A stretch of DNA of 64,000 bases from an uncultured Nitrospiraceae bacterium (GCA_963727805.1 CAVSHF010000005.1:1088001-1152000); one strand, 5' to 3'; shown: positions 48,750 to 58,737, counted from the first letter of the stretch. Notes: generated from the sequence alone by a model not told the origin. Translations and numbers: made by a program.

Positions 48750-49691
48750 TTAAAAGGACATTGTAAGATTCATACCATACACAAATGTCTCGTCAAGCTT
48801 GCCGTTGGGGTTGTATGAAACACCGTTGACGGTCTTTTTAGCATTGCTCGAAAGCGGGAACCAATATTGGGCAATCGGCTGCAGTACAACGTTCTTGCCA
48901 AGAGGTACACTCAGCCCAGCCTTTACATTGCCATCGTGAAGAGCGCTATATTTAGATCCTGTGTATGCGTTGGTCGAACTCTGAAAGGTATCCCAATAGT
49001 TACTGCTCCCGACGAAATAGCCGAACCCCGCGCCAAGGTCAACCGTCATGTCGCCCGTAGGCAGTTTAAAGACAGGTATAGACTGGCTGAAGGACAGATT
49101 GAAGTAAGTGCCGGGATAGCCATCAACGTCGCGGTTAACCGCCAGTAAAGGATGGGATATTATGTCATACGTAGCGCTGACGAAGAGCTCCTGGGTTTGC
49201 TTCGCATACGCCACTCCGTAATATATATATCCTCCGGTAAGAGCCAGCTTATCGATATTATAGGTATAGCTGAGAGTGAGGTCGGTTTCATTCCAGCTCT
49301 TCTGGCCAACACCTACACCCTTGCCGTTAGCATCGGTAGTTTTCCCGGGAATAAACGACTGGGTCTGGTGCTGGTCGGTGTCGAGGTTGCCCCAAACGTT
49401 AACGGAAAAGCCTTTATAATTTAGAGTTATTGTCGGTTCTATGACAACGCTCTTTGTGCTGATCTCATATCCTCTGAATATATATCTATTTAGAACTGCA
49501 ACCCCTGCGCTTCCCGTAACCTTCGCCTCTTCAACCTTCGGCGCTTCGGCCGCAGCTGCCGGTGCCGCAACTGCTGGGGCAGTGGCTTCCGGTGTCGTGG
49601 CGGGTGCTGCCGGAGCCTGCTCCTCACCGTACACATTGACGATAAGACATAATGCAAAAATTGCTATCAATAACACGATAAAGCGCTTCAT
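48750..49691 (-). CDS. TorF/TIGR02001-like outer-membrane porin
   Basis: Signal peptide, Ala/Pro linker, N.YIFRG and ETDLTLSY motifs, terminal Phe; start at ATG 49691. Confidence 0.75.
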   Translation of the reverse strand: MKRFIVLLIAIFALCLIVNVYGEEQAPAAPATTPEATAPAVAAPAAAAEAPKVEEAKVTGSAGVAVLNRYIFRGYEISTKSVVIEPTITLNYKGFSVNVWGNLDTDQHQTQSFIPGKTTDANGKGVGVGQKSWNETDLTLSYTYNIDKLALTGGYIYYGVAYAKQTQELFVSATYDIISHPLLAVNRDVDGYPGTYFNLSFSQSIPVFKLPTGDMTVDLGAGFGYFVGSSNYWDTFQSSTNAYTGSKYSALHDGNVKAGLSVPLGKNVVLQPIAQYWFPLSSNAKKTVNGVSYNPNGKLDETFVYGMNLTMSF

Positions 49692-49762
49692 CTCTATAAT
49701 CCCCCCTTGCAATTATTTGTCGGACCATGTCCGCTTCTATTCTTCTATTCAGTGAAACCCCT

Positions 49763-49954
49763 CTACCATCCTTTGCCTGCACCCTCCTTTTCGAATATTT
49801 TTCTTATCCCCAGTTTCTTTATCTTGTAACCTATCATCCTTTCGGTTATGCCTAGTCTTCTAGCGGCCCTAGCCATAACCCAGTTGCTTTCACTAAGGGC
49901 ATTGACGATCTCCTCACGTTCTATCTCGTTTATCTTGTCTTTCAACGTAATCAT
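49763..49954 (-). CDS. Stand-alone Fis/NifA-type helix-turn-helix protein
   Basis: IEREEIVNALSESNWVMARAARRLGITERMIGYKIKK resembles the C-terminal HTH of NifA-like activators; SD AGGAGG. Confidence 0.8.
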   Translation of the reverse strand: MITLKDKINEIEREEIVNALSESNWVMARAARRLGITERMIGYKIKKLGIRKIFEKEGAGKGW

Positions 49955-49986
49955 TGCTTGCCTCCTGGCCTGGATATTTACGAACT

Positions 49987-50003
49987 AGCGAAAAATATGC
50001 CAG
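49987..50003 (-). promoter_or_regulatory. sigma54 (-24/-12) promoter
   Basis: Minus strand CTGGCATATTTTTCGCT with exact GG-N10-GC spacing, about 30 nt upstream of the HTH gene. Confidence 0.75.
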
Positions 50004-50049
50004 CCTCTATCCCGTTGATATTGAAGCGCTCTTTCAAAACACTAATCGT

Positions 50050-50096
50050 ACAAAGTTGTCGTAAATGCACAATATTGTAATATTTCATAGTATTGT
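50050..50096. promoter_or_regulatory. Putative enhancer (UAS) array for a sigma54 activator
   Basis: ACAAAGTTGT (50050-59), ACAATATTGT (50069-78) and degenerate ATAGTATTGT (50087-96); TGT-N9-ACA between the first two. Confidence 0.55.
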
Positions 50097-50461
50097 CTTT
50101 TTCAATTCCATCCATTTTCAAGCTGCTTAATATTTTTCCCTCGTATGCGATGCAACAGCTGCTGCATACAACCCTCGTGTTCGACACGATGATCAAAACG
50201 GGTCCGCTTTCTGGGAAGCTGAGGGAGGAACCCTAAAAAGAAGCAAAGGCTTTTAATGGTTATTCTCAGCAAACATGCAAGTATTTAGTCGATCTTATCT
50301 CCACGTACTCTTAGGAATGGGCGCTCCCATGCTGGAACAAATAATATTTATTGATTTTGATAGATCGAGCAGTATTCGACCTACGAGGCCTAGATAGGGA
50401 GGCATAATAAAACTATCTGTTGTTGGTGAAGAACTGCATGTTTCTCCGGGCCGTCTTTATT

Positions 50462-50489
50462 TTGACCGCAATGGTTTTCTGTCTATAAT
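50462..50489 (+). promoter_or_regulatory. sigma70-type promoter upstream of ccp
   Basis: TTGACC-N16-TATAAT. Confidence 0.55.
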
Positions 50490-50615
50490 TTACATAAGTC
50501 TAAGAGGAGGTTGTCGGTCACAGAGAATATCGATTGACGCGACGAAGTTTAGTTAAGAGGAGCGACGCATTCGTAGTATTCTATTTTGCCAGAAATAATT
50601 CAAAGAGGTAGAGAA

Positions 50616-51665
50616 ATGATCTTCGGAAAAATAAAAGTTGCGTTAAGGCTTATTCTGATAATAACTGCGCTGTCTTTGGTTACGGGTTTGTCATACGGTG
50701 AAGACATAGATGGTGCATTATTAAAGCAGGCGCAGAAACTTTTTAGTCCATTGCCGAAGGTGATGGAATCAGACCAAAATCCTGTGACGCCCGAAAAAGT
50801 AAAGCTCGGGAAGATGCTCTTTTATGAATCAAGAATTTCGATAGATGGCACTGTGAGTTGTGCTAAGTGTCATCCGATCAGTCTTTACGGCGCCGACGGT
50901 TTGAGAACAGCGGTGGGTAATCACTGTAAAGCCAATCCCCGAAATGCTCCCACTGTATTCAATGCAGCATCTCAGATTTCGCAACACTGGATCGGCAACA
51001 GAATGAGCGTCGAAGACCAAGCCAAACAGTCAGTGATCGGGCCGCCGGCCTTCGGGATGGTGAAGTATGAGGACGTTGAGAAAAGGCTCAAGGAATACGA
51101 GGAGTATGTCGTTTTATTCAAGGAGGCCTTCCCTGCAGATAAAGACCCGGTGACGGTAGATAATTTTGCTAAGGCCATAGGCGCATTCGAACGCACTCTT
51201 TTGACACCTTCACCCTTCGACTCATATCTGAAGGGCAATGAGAAAGCCCTGACGGGCGGTCAGAAGAAAGGGCTCAAGACTTTTATCGAGACCGGCTGTA
51301 CGGGCTGCCATTCGGGCACATATGTCGGCGGACAGATGTACCAGAAGTTCGGCTTAGTTGAGGCTTATTGGAAATATACGAAGAGTGAGAAGGTAGATGA
51401 GGGGCGTTATGCCGTCACAAAGAGTGAGGCTGATAAATATGTGTTTAAGGTCCCGGTTCTCAGAAACGTGGAGAAAACGCTTCCATATTTTCACGACGGC
51501 TCAGTCGACACACTGGAAGCGGCAGTGACGATTATGGCCAAGGTCCAACTCGGAAGGGATATCTCTAGCAAGCAGGCGGCCGAGATGGCCGATTTCCTGA
51601 AATCCTTGACCGGGAAAATATCCGAGGATGCGATTACCGTACCACTATTGCCGTCACTAGAATAA
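50616..51665 (+). CDS. ccp: Di-heme cytochrome c peroxidase
   Basis: CAKCH, RNAPTVFN, CTGCH, FKVPVLRNV and PYFHDG motifs; start at ATG 50616. Confidence 0.93.
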   Translation: MIFGKIKVALRLILIITALSLVTGLSYGEDIDGALLKQAQKLFSPLPKVMESDQNPVTPEKVKLGKMLFYESRISIDGTVSCAKCHPISLYGADGLRTAVGNHCKANPRNAPTVFNAASQISQHWIGNRMSVEDQAKQSVIGPPAFGMVKYEDVEKRLKEYEEYVVLFKEAFPADKDPVTVDNFAKAIGAFERTLLTPSPFDSYLKGNEKALTGGQKKGLKTFIETGCTGCHSGTYVGGQMYQKFGLVEAYWKYTKSEKVDEGRYAVTKSEADKYVFKVPVLRNVEKTLPYFHDGSVDTLEAAVTIMAKVQLGRDISSKQAAEMADFLKSLTGKISEDAITVPLLPSLE

Positions 51666-51708
51666 ATGTTCAGATGTGAATAATAAATATGCAAGGAGGA
51701 AGTAAGAG

Positions 51709-52056
51709 ATGAAAAATATTTTGGTGGTAATTGTTGCGACGATATCCTTTTGCGCGTTGATTGCAGGAGGTTCTATTGCGGCAGAGAAAGCCGAAAAAGA
51801 CGAATCAAATAAGATATCGGGAGAGACGCAATTCAAGGATCATTGCGCTGTCTGCCATCCGGACGGTGGCAATGTCATCAATCCTGCAAAGACATTACAT
51901 AAGAAGGATCTTGACGCCAACGGGATTAAGAGGCCTGCGGATATTATCGCAAAGATGAGAAATCCGGGGCCCGGCATGACGCAGTTCGACAAAAAGACGA
52001 TCCCCGACAAGGAAGCCCAGACGATAGCCGAATATATTCTGAAGACTTATAAGTAG
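51709..52056 (+). CDS. Monoheme class I cytochrome c (c6-like)
   Basis: Signal peptide, CAVCHPDGGN, distal Met in PGPGM. Confidence 0.92.
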   Translation: MKNILVVIVATISFCALIAGGSIAAEKAEKDESNKISGETQFKDHCAVCHPDGGNVINPAKTLHKKDLDANGIKRPADIIAKMRNPGPGMTQFDKKTIPDKEAQTIAEYILKTYK

Positions 52057-52355
52057 AATCTTGCAGGTAAAACCAAGAGGTGCAGTGTTTACAAACGTGC
52101 CCCAGTTAGTTTTAGGGTTGGTATGCCGAGGGAGCGAGGGACTATAGGTGTCATGCTGATGGAACATGAGTCATAGCCGAATTACAGCTGGAGGATGGCC
52201 GAAAGAATGGAGAATTATAAGGCCGACAACGTAAATATTTCCAGACAGAAAGGCAACCCGGACACTGTTCATCGGCAATACAATCTCTTTGCGGGACTTT
52301 TATCCAATTCCTGCTGTGATACAATACAAATATCAACTCACTAAGGGAGGGAGTT

Positions 52356-52670
52356 ATGTTGCCTGATCAGTACACCAGCATCAAGAAGCGATTCAAGAAC
52401 TTTTATAAGGCATCGGAGAATCTCGGCAAGGCTGCCAAAGCGTCCGGCCCTATCGATGATAAGACCTCGCATCTCATCCAGCTTGCCGCTGCCGCTGCCA
52501 TACGTTCTGAAGGGTCGGTCCATTCTCACACCAGAAGAGCGTTGGAACTCGGTGCAAAGCCTGACGAAATTTACCATGCGATCATTCTGCTCACAAGCAC
52601 CATCGGGTTCCCAACGACCTCTGCCGCATTGAGCTGGGCAGACGATATTATACAAGGGGAAAAGAAGTAA
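52356..52670 (+). CDS. Carboxymuconolactone decarboxylase / AhpD-like protein
   Basis: HLIQLAAAAAIRSEGSVHSH..RAL..GA and TIGFP motifs; no CxxC. Confidence 0.88.
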   Translation: MLPDQYTSIKKRFKNFYKASENLGKAAKASGPIDDKTSHLIQLAAAAAIRSEGSVHSHTRRALELGAKPDEIYHAIILLTSTIGFPTTSAALSWADDIIQGEKK

Positions 52671-52673
52671 TAG

Positions 52674-53582
52674 TTGTATATTCAGTTTTTCCCAACTTTC
52701 AGGTGCACGGATTCGTGTAACTTCTGCTTTAACAGGGGATTGTCCACAGGGCTCGATATCGAAGTTGCCGCCTTCAGAAGGCTCGCGGATATCCTCGCCA
52801 GTGAAGGGATCGAAAGGATTGATATCCTTGGCGGCGAGCCAACACTTCATTCTGACCTAATCCCCATCATCGACGCTGCCTGCACGAAAGGACTTGCCGT
52901 TTCAATGAGCAGCAATGGCTCCAATGTTCAGATGCTCAAGACCCTGTCGCAAAATTATGATCAAAGCCGCCTGAAAATCGGAGTATCCCTAAATGGCAAA
53001 CCGATTGATGATTCGCTTTTATTCTATATCAGCGAATCCAGGCCCCTTTTGAAAAGCGTCTGCACTCATCGCCGTTTTTTACCGGATAACACTGCAAGGT
53101 TTCTCGATAAGCCCGATATACGCTACTATGCTATTTTCATGGACACGCTTCGCAACGCAGACCTGGCAAGGAGTCTTTCCTTTGCTCAATTCCATGGGAC
53201 TCTAAATTCCCTTCGCCGCAGACATAAAAACCTTGAAGGAGTATACTGTTCGGGCTTCCTGCCAGATATCAGGAATTATCCGAGACTTGAAAGCGTGCGC
53301 TGTCCTGCCGGCACAACTAAACTCTCCATCATGCCCGACGGGTCGGTCTATCCCTGCTATCTCCTTTTCCAACGCCCGGAATTTAGACTCGGCAATATTT
53401 TAAGTGATCGCTTTAAAGACATCGAAAACAATCGCCTACTGAATTTTTTCAAGACATTTAAGACAAATAGGTGTCCCAATGTCGATTGCGATCTGTTCAG
53501 CCGTTGTCACGGCGGATGCCCTGCAGTGAGTCTGGCAGTCCATGGCGACCTGAATGCACCTGACCCAAGGTGTGTAAGTTAG
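52674..53582 (+). CDS. Radical SAM / SPASM domain protein
   Basis: CTDSCNFC and GGEP motifs; SPASM cysteines CPAG..DGSVYPC..C...C.....C.GGC..DPRC. Confidence 0.9.
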   Translation: MYIQFFPTFRCTDSCNFCFNRGLSTGLDIEVAAFRRLADILASEGIERIDILGGEPTLHSDLIPIIDAACTKGLAVSMSSNGSNVQMLKTLSQNYDQSRLKIGVSLNGKPIDDSLLFYISESRPLLKSVCTHRRFLPDNTARFLDKPDIRYYAIFMDTLRNADLARSLSFAQFHGTLNSLRRRHKNLEGVYCSGFLPDIRNYPRLESVRCPAGTTKLSIMPDGSVYPCYLLFQRPEFRLGNILSDRFKDIENNRLLNFFKTFKTNRCPNVDCDLFSRCHGGCPAVSLAVHGDLNAPDPRCVS

Positions 53583-53930
53583 AGAGTTAAAAGGTTAAGA
53601 GATCACGGAATTATTAGTCACATATTCCTGCATTCCTTCAAAGCAACCAAGACTGTCTTGCTAGAACTCTCATGAATACTCATATCCCATACTGTCACAG
53701 CAATCTCCTGTTTCTTAATACGCGCTTTTATCACGCTGAACTATTGCCACTCATGGTGCAACTATAAATTAGAAAAGACCTTCATCTTCTTGGTTGCCGC
53801 AATGGTGCGCTCCTTGAGAACCTCCGATTAAAGTAGCGATACGGTGCCGCTTGGTAAATATCTTCCGGTAAGAGGCGAATATTTTAAGGTATAATAAATA
53901 TTGCAATTCAATGAAGAACAGGCTGATTAA

Positions 53931-54713
53931 ATGAATATTCTCACAAGCATTGTTGCTAAAAAGACCGAAAAACTGAATGTTGCAAAAGTGAGTTTGCCGC
54001 AAAGTGAGCTTAAAGAACGCATCAAACGCACTTCCAAACCACGCGATTTCAGAGGTGCAATACAAAGGCATGAAGGTCCGATAAGGCTTATTGCTGAGAT
54101 TAAAAAAGCTTCACCTTCGAAGGGTCTTATAAGAAGTAACTTTGACCCCATACAAATTGCATCCGTATACGAGTCGAAACCGGTAAGCGCGCTCTCGGTC
54201 CTGACCGAAGAGGATTATTTTCAGGGGCAGCTCTCATATATTTCGCGGGTAAAGGACATCACAACCAAGCCCATATTGCGCAAGGATTTTATCATTGATG
54301 AATATCAGTTATATGAATCAAGAGCGAGCGGAGCTGATGCCGTTCTACTTATCGCCGCAGTCCTTGAGCAGAGCCAGGCGAGAGAATACCTCCACCTTGC
54401 TGCGGAATTAGGTCTTACAGTGCTTTTCGAAGTCCACAATGAAGAGGAACTCGAAAAGGCCCTTCGCGTTGACGCTAAAATCATAGGCATTAACAACCGC
54501 AACCTGAAGACACTATCCATCGATCTATCTACGACACTGCGACTGAAAAAAGAGGTCCCCGCAGGCAAGATCGTGGTCAGCGAAAGCGGCATCAGGACAA
54601 GGAAGGACGTCCTGATGCTGCAAGATAACGGAATCGATGCAATGCTCATCGGCACTTCCTTCATGGAAACGCCGGATATCGGCAGAAAGATCGATGATTT
54701 GCTGTCAAGTTAG
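53931..54713 (+). CDS. trpC: Indole-3-glycerol phosphate synthase
   Basis: IAEIKKASPSKG, SVLTE, LRKDF, GINNRNL and SESGI motifs. Confidence 0.97.
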   Translation: MNILTSIVAKKTEKLNVAKVSLPQSELKERIKRTSKPRDFRGAIQRHEGPIRLIAEIKKASPSKGLIRSNFDPIQIASVYESKPVSALSVLTEEDYFQGQLSYISRVKDITTKPILRKDFIIDEYQLYESRASGADAVLLIAAVLEQSQAREYLHLAAELGLTVLFEVHNEEELEKALRVDAKIIGINNRNLKTLSIDLSTTLRLKKEVPAGKIVVSESGIRTRKDVLMLQDNGIDAMLIGTSFMETPDIGRKIDDLLSS

Positions 54714-54719
54714 GAGGCT

Positions 54720-55151
54720 TTGATGCTTAAGGTGATGTTTTTATGCACAGCCAATTCTTGTCGAAGCCAGATGGCTGAAGGTTTTGCCAGGGAACTCGGC
54801 AGGGGAATTATCGAACCCCACAGCGCGGGACTTATGGCTGCAGGTGTTCATCCAAGGGCTGCTGCCGTGATGCAAGAGATCGGTATCGATATACTCGGCC
54901 AGGAATCAAAAGAAATCGATCCAGATCTTCTGCTAACAATGGACGTCGTCATCACCCTTTGCGGACATGCTGAACAGACCTGTCCGCAAACTCCCCCGAA
55001 GGTAAAAAGACTGCACTGGCCGATCGAGGACCCTGTGGGAACCTTTGGCACTGAGACTTTCGTAATGAAGGATTTTAGAAGGGCCAGGGATGAGATACGA
55101 GACCGGATTACTGGGTTCATACAGGAAATCGAAAAAACAGGGGGCTGTTGA
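54720..55151 (+). CDS. arsC: Thioredoxin-type arsenate reductase (LMW-PTP family)
   Basis: FLCTANSCRSQMAEG, TLCGHA..TCP and HW..EDP motifs. Confidence 0.88.
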   Translation: MMLKVMFLCTANSCRSQMAEGFARELGRGIIEPHSAGLMAAGVHPRAAAVMQEIGIDILGQESKEIDPDLLLTMDVVITLCGHAEQTCPQTPPKVKRLHWPIEDPVGTFGTETFVMKDFRRARDEIRDRITGFIQEIEKTGGC

Positions 55152-55192
55152 CGGCATTTGCAGCACTGAAAATAACTCTTTTATCACGATAG

Positions 55193-55729
55193 CACAGGTG
55201 GGATCTCCCGCTTCGCCCTGATGATGCCATATTTTTCTGTTCGTCATGCGGCAGGGCCTGGCAGATCTATGGCAGCGAGCTGACGGAGGTTCCTTACCAA
55301 ATAGCTGTGGTGAATAACATCAACGAGCCGATGAAGTATCTTCCGTTCTGGGTGCTCACTGCAATAGCTGGTGGGGCCGAACCACTCACCTTTTATGTCC
55401 CCGCCTTCCGATTCCGCCGCCTTAAAATGCTGGCGGACCTTGCAACGAATATCACCCGCCAAAAGCTGAACTATTCAATTTGTGGGGATGAGAAGCTGGG
55501 AATCAAAGACATGCAGGGATGTTACTATGATGCCGAAGATGCCTTCCTCATTGCACAATTTATTCAGGCAGGCATAACTTCAAAAACGTCCGAAGAAATG
55601 AAATCATTCAATAAAAACAATTTATCACCTCTGAGCGCAACCCTGATATGGTTTCGATTTAAAGTAAATGGAGGCAAGCTGGTTGATCCCTTTACCGAGA
55701 CGATAATTGCTCAGGGCTTACTCCTGTAA
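55193..55729 (+). pseudogene. Hypothetical zinc-ribbon-containing protein, probably 5'-truncated
   Basis: Frame is open upstream of the called GTG (55307), through WDLPLRPDDAIFFCSSCGRAW back to an in-frame TAG at 55190; YLPFW motif. Confidence 0.45.
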
Positions 55730-55830
55730 TAAGACAAATATGCCCGACTCATTTTGACTATAACGGCAACTGATCCGGCATTGTTCAGCAGCCCCCTGAG
55801 TTCGTTCGACATTGTCATGTCGATTGACTC

Positions 55831-56232
55831 TCACATCCCCTTTGTCTGATGACGCGTCTCATGGTCGCGCATCATCTCCGCAAATCTAGCGGAAAATTCG
55901 TCGATGGCAAAGGGCTTATTTAGAAAGTCACTGGCACCAACTGCATCAACATCCTCGGCGGTATATTGGTTAGAAAAACCAGTCATAACGGCTACAGCAA
56001 GTGACGGGTTTCGCTTGAGCAATGCCTTGGTCAGAGTGATGCCGTCCATATTAGGCATGACAACGTCGGTAATGACAGCATCAAAATACTCTCTCTCAGT
56101 CCTCTTGAGTGCTTCTATCCCATCTGACGCTGTATAACAAAGATGCCCATCCGATGATAACAAGGTTGCGATGATGTCTCTCATTGCCGGCTCATCATCG
56201 ACTATAAGGACTTTATATTTTTTTGTCTTCAT
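55831..56232 (-). CDS. Single-domain response regulator
   Basis: LIVDDE, TDVVMPNMDG, MTG and KPF motifs. Confidence 0.9.
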   Translation of the reverse strand: MKTKKYKVLIVDDEPAMRDIIATLLSSDGHLCYTASDGIEALKRTEREYFDAVITDVVMPNMDGITLTKALLKRNPSLAVAVMTGFSNQYTAEDVDAVGASDFLNKPFAIDEFSARFAEMMRDHETRHQTKGM

Positions 56233-56386
56233 TTATACTCCGTACACATTTCAGGTCGTTATTCCAAGGACGTTCAACACCGCTTTACAATAGCCGTTTA
56301 ATTCTATCTATTCTATCGCTCAGAGGAAAAAGAATCAAATTGCTTGACCACCAGCCAGTAGAGCAACCGCGGAGATATACGCCAAC

Positions 56387-57253
56387 CTAATCACGCACCA
56401 CCTCTGAAACGGCAGACCAATCCAAGTCGCCGAGGCCTTTTTGGATTGCCATGCGGAATATCTCTCGCACCTCGGCTGCCACCGGGAGCGGCACGCCCAG
56501 TTCATCACCGATCTGAAGGGCGTAGGTCATGTCTTTGTGCATCCAGCGCAACGCAAAATAGACATCGTCGTGCTTCCGTGCAACGATGTTCGGCACCTTA
56601 ATTTTCACCACTGTGCTGGCGATCACTCCGCTGTTAACGGCCTCCACGACCTTCTCCATATTCAGACCAGCCTTCTCAGCAAGAGCCATCCCTTCTCCCA
56701 AAGCCACCACCTGAGCAGCTGCAATCATGTTGTTGATGAGTTTGTAGGCCGCGCCGGCTGCAGGCGGGCCAAAGTGTATCTGCCCCTGACTGAAGCTTTG
56801 CAATATCGGCTGTATCGTTTGGAAGACGTCCGGCTCGGCACCAACATAAAGCATTATCGTACCGCTCTCAGCTGCCGGCTTGCTGCCTGCCATCGGCGCA
56901 TCGGCAAACCGCAAACCCTTCGCATGAGCGGCAGCGTGCAACTCCCGCACCCATGCTAATGACAGTGTGCTGCATTCTACAACGAAGGTGCCGGGGCGGG
57001 CTCCGGCAAGCGCGCCATCCGGCGCAAACCAAATAGCCCTGGATGCCGTGTCATCACCAACAACAGCTATTACAAGTTCAGCCTGTGCTGCTGCAGCAGA
57101 AGGGGATTCTGCCCACAATGCACCCTGAGCGAGCAGTGGCGCTGCCTTTTCTCTTGTCCGATTGTATACATACAGTTTGTACCCGCTCCTCAACAAGTTA
57201 GAGGCAATACCACTCCCCATGGTCCCGAGGCCGATAAGCGCAATGTGTTTCAT
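56387..57253 (-). CDS. NAD(P)-dependent beta-hydroxyacid dehydrogenase (3-hydroxyisobutyrate dehydrogenase family)
   Basis: IGLGTMG, YNRT, DAPMAGS and KLINN motifs; start at ATG 57253. Confidence 0.9.
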   Translation of the reverse strand: MKHIALIGLGTMGSGIASNLLRSGYKLYVYNRTREKAAPLLAQGALWAESPSAAAAQAELVIAVVGDDTASRAIWFAPDGALAGARPGTFVVECSTLSLAWVRELHAAAHAKGLRFADAPMAGSKPAAESGTIMLYVGAEPDVFQTIQPILQSFSQGQIHFGPPAAGAAYKLINNMIAAAQVVALGEGMALAEKAGLNMEKVVEAVNSGVIASTVVKIKVPNIVARKHDDVYFALRWMHKDMTYALQIGDELGVPLPVAAEVREIFRMAIQKGLGDLDWSAVSEVVRD

Positions 57254-57319
57254 TTTATCATTCTCCTTTGCAAGCGTTATTCCATACACTTCATTCGAGA
57301 ACCTGATGAAGAACCGACG

Positions 57320-57523
57320 TCACTGTCCCCGCTTTCTTCTTACGGTAACGGTCTCTCCGCCTATGCCCCAATTGTCCGTCTCGACCTCATCGATGACAAT
57401 AACTGTCGTCTGTGGATTCTTCCCCAGAATATCCTGTAGTAATCGCGTCACTCCCTGAATAAGCTGCGCCTTTTTCTCGGCCGTTGCACCTTCTTTTGTG
57501 ATTTTGATATTTACGTATGGCAT
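57320..57523 (-). CDS. 4-oxalocrotonate tautomerase family protein
   Basis: M-P start (catalytic Pro1) MPYVNIKIT, NWGIGG motif; SD AAGGAGG. Confidence 0.92.
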   Translation of the reverse strand: MPYVNIKITKEGATAEKKAQLIQGVTRLLQDILGKNPQTTVIVIDEVETDNWGIGGETVTVRRKRGQ

Positions 57524-57895
57524 TGGCACCTCCTTATTAATAAATGCACCTTCTCTTGTATTAAAAAGAATATCACCATTGAAAAGACAGACTTCAGTAA
57601 AAGAGAGCACTCCGGCAGGTCTTGAAAATAAATTGCGTTTATTGGCTCAGTGTCATTTGTTGAAAGTGGTACACGTTAATGATTATCCTACCATTCCGCT
57701 CTGCAGAACTATTGTTGACAAGCATCCGCAACATGGACAAGGATACCCAGCACTTCGGAGCACTGCATCCCGCTATCCTATCAACCCCCCTGCGCCATTA
57801 GACAATCCATCTGTCCTATCAGCAAAATTGAGGGTTACGTCAAAATTGTCAAAAAGGTACATATAGAATTCCCTACTTACTGACACAACCACTCC

Positions 57896-58180
57896 CTATA
57901 AATTAGACAAGTATTCTTCCCACTCGATGGGCAGCAGATATTTCTTCTTGTTATTGCATTCCTTGCAGGCTGTAACGATATTGCCTTTGGCGGACTTACC
58001 CCCTCTGATGATTGGCACGATATGGTCCATTGTGAGTTCTTTCGGCGGTACTTGAGCGTTGCAGTAGTAACATCTTCCACGGGAACATTTTCTCTTCCAC
58101 CATGTGCTTTCGCGAAGTACCCGCGCGGTGCGGCGCTCCCGTTTTATTTCTTCATCCGATACTTCCATGACGAATGACAC
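57896..58180 (-). CDS. Small HNH endonuclease-domain protein
   Basis: CYYC, TMDHIVP..RGG and N...ACKECN motifs. Confidence 0.9.
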   Translation of the reverse strand: MSFVMEVSDEEIKRERRTARVLRESTWWKRKCSRGRCYYCNAQVPPKELTMDHIVPIIRGGKSAKGNIVTACKECNNKKKYLLPIEWEEYLSNL

Positions 58181-58458
58181 TATTTTCTTCCTCTCCTGAC
58201 CTCCTCTTCCTCGTAGAATTTCCTATAGAGGACCTCCCACTCGGGACTGCCCTCCACAAGCTTTCTGGAAAAGGACAAGAGCTTTTTCGTCACTGCGACA
58301 TCAATGTCTTCACCGATCTTGAGCTGGCCGACTATAGTCTTCTTTATCTCGCGTCGCGCCTCACTGTCGTCTGCCTTTAGGGTAATTAGTTTATTGTCAA
58401 GCAATCCTCTAAGCAGGACATGTGATGTATGGCTGATCTTGTCGTCTGAGAGCATCAT
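58180..58458 (-). CDS. DUF507 family protein
   Basis: LSDDKISH and EGSPEWEVLYRKFYEEE motifs. Confidence 0.8.
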   Translation of the reverse strand: MMLSDDKISHTSHVLLRGLLDNKLITLKADDSEARREIKKTIVGQLKIGEDIDVAVTKKLLSFSRKLVEGSPEWEVLYRKFYEEEEVRRGRK

Positions 58459-58736
58459 ATGATGACGTTTCTCTCTTTCACTATTTTTTGTTTGGTCATG
58501 TCGAAGAGCCGTCGGTAATCCAGCCTGCCCTTTTCAATCTCCGGCTCGAATTTCTTCAGAATCTGGCGGACCTCTTCGTTGAGCCGGTCCTCTACCATCA
58601 ACTCTTCGAGGAGGAGCCTTTCCGTCTCCGCGATAAGGGTCTCTACAGGGACCAGTGATTCGACAAGCTCCTTGTTCATGAGATTATCGGTAATCTTTTT
58701 GGCCAGCGCAGGAACCCAACTCTTGGGAATTCGCAT
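58455..58736 (-). CDS. DUF507 family protein
   Basis: EDRLNEEVR.IL and DYRRLF..K.K.VKER motifs. Confidence 0.8.
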   Translation of the reverse strand: MRIPKSWVPALAKKITDNLMNKELVESLVPVETLIAETERLLLEELMVEDRLNEEVRQILKKFEPEIEKGRLDYRRLFDMTKQKIVKERNVII

Positions 58737-58737
58737 C

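Noticed and set aside
53770..53880. Possible structured RNA upstream of trpC
   Set aside because: No match to tRNA, T-box or riboswitch motifs that I can recognise, and no Trp-rich leader peptide; an Infernal/Rfam scan would be needed.
57896..58180. HNH gene as a defence or homing element
   Set aside because: Small stand-alone HNH coupled to a housekeeping operon, with no methylase, ATPase or intron context.
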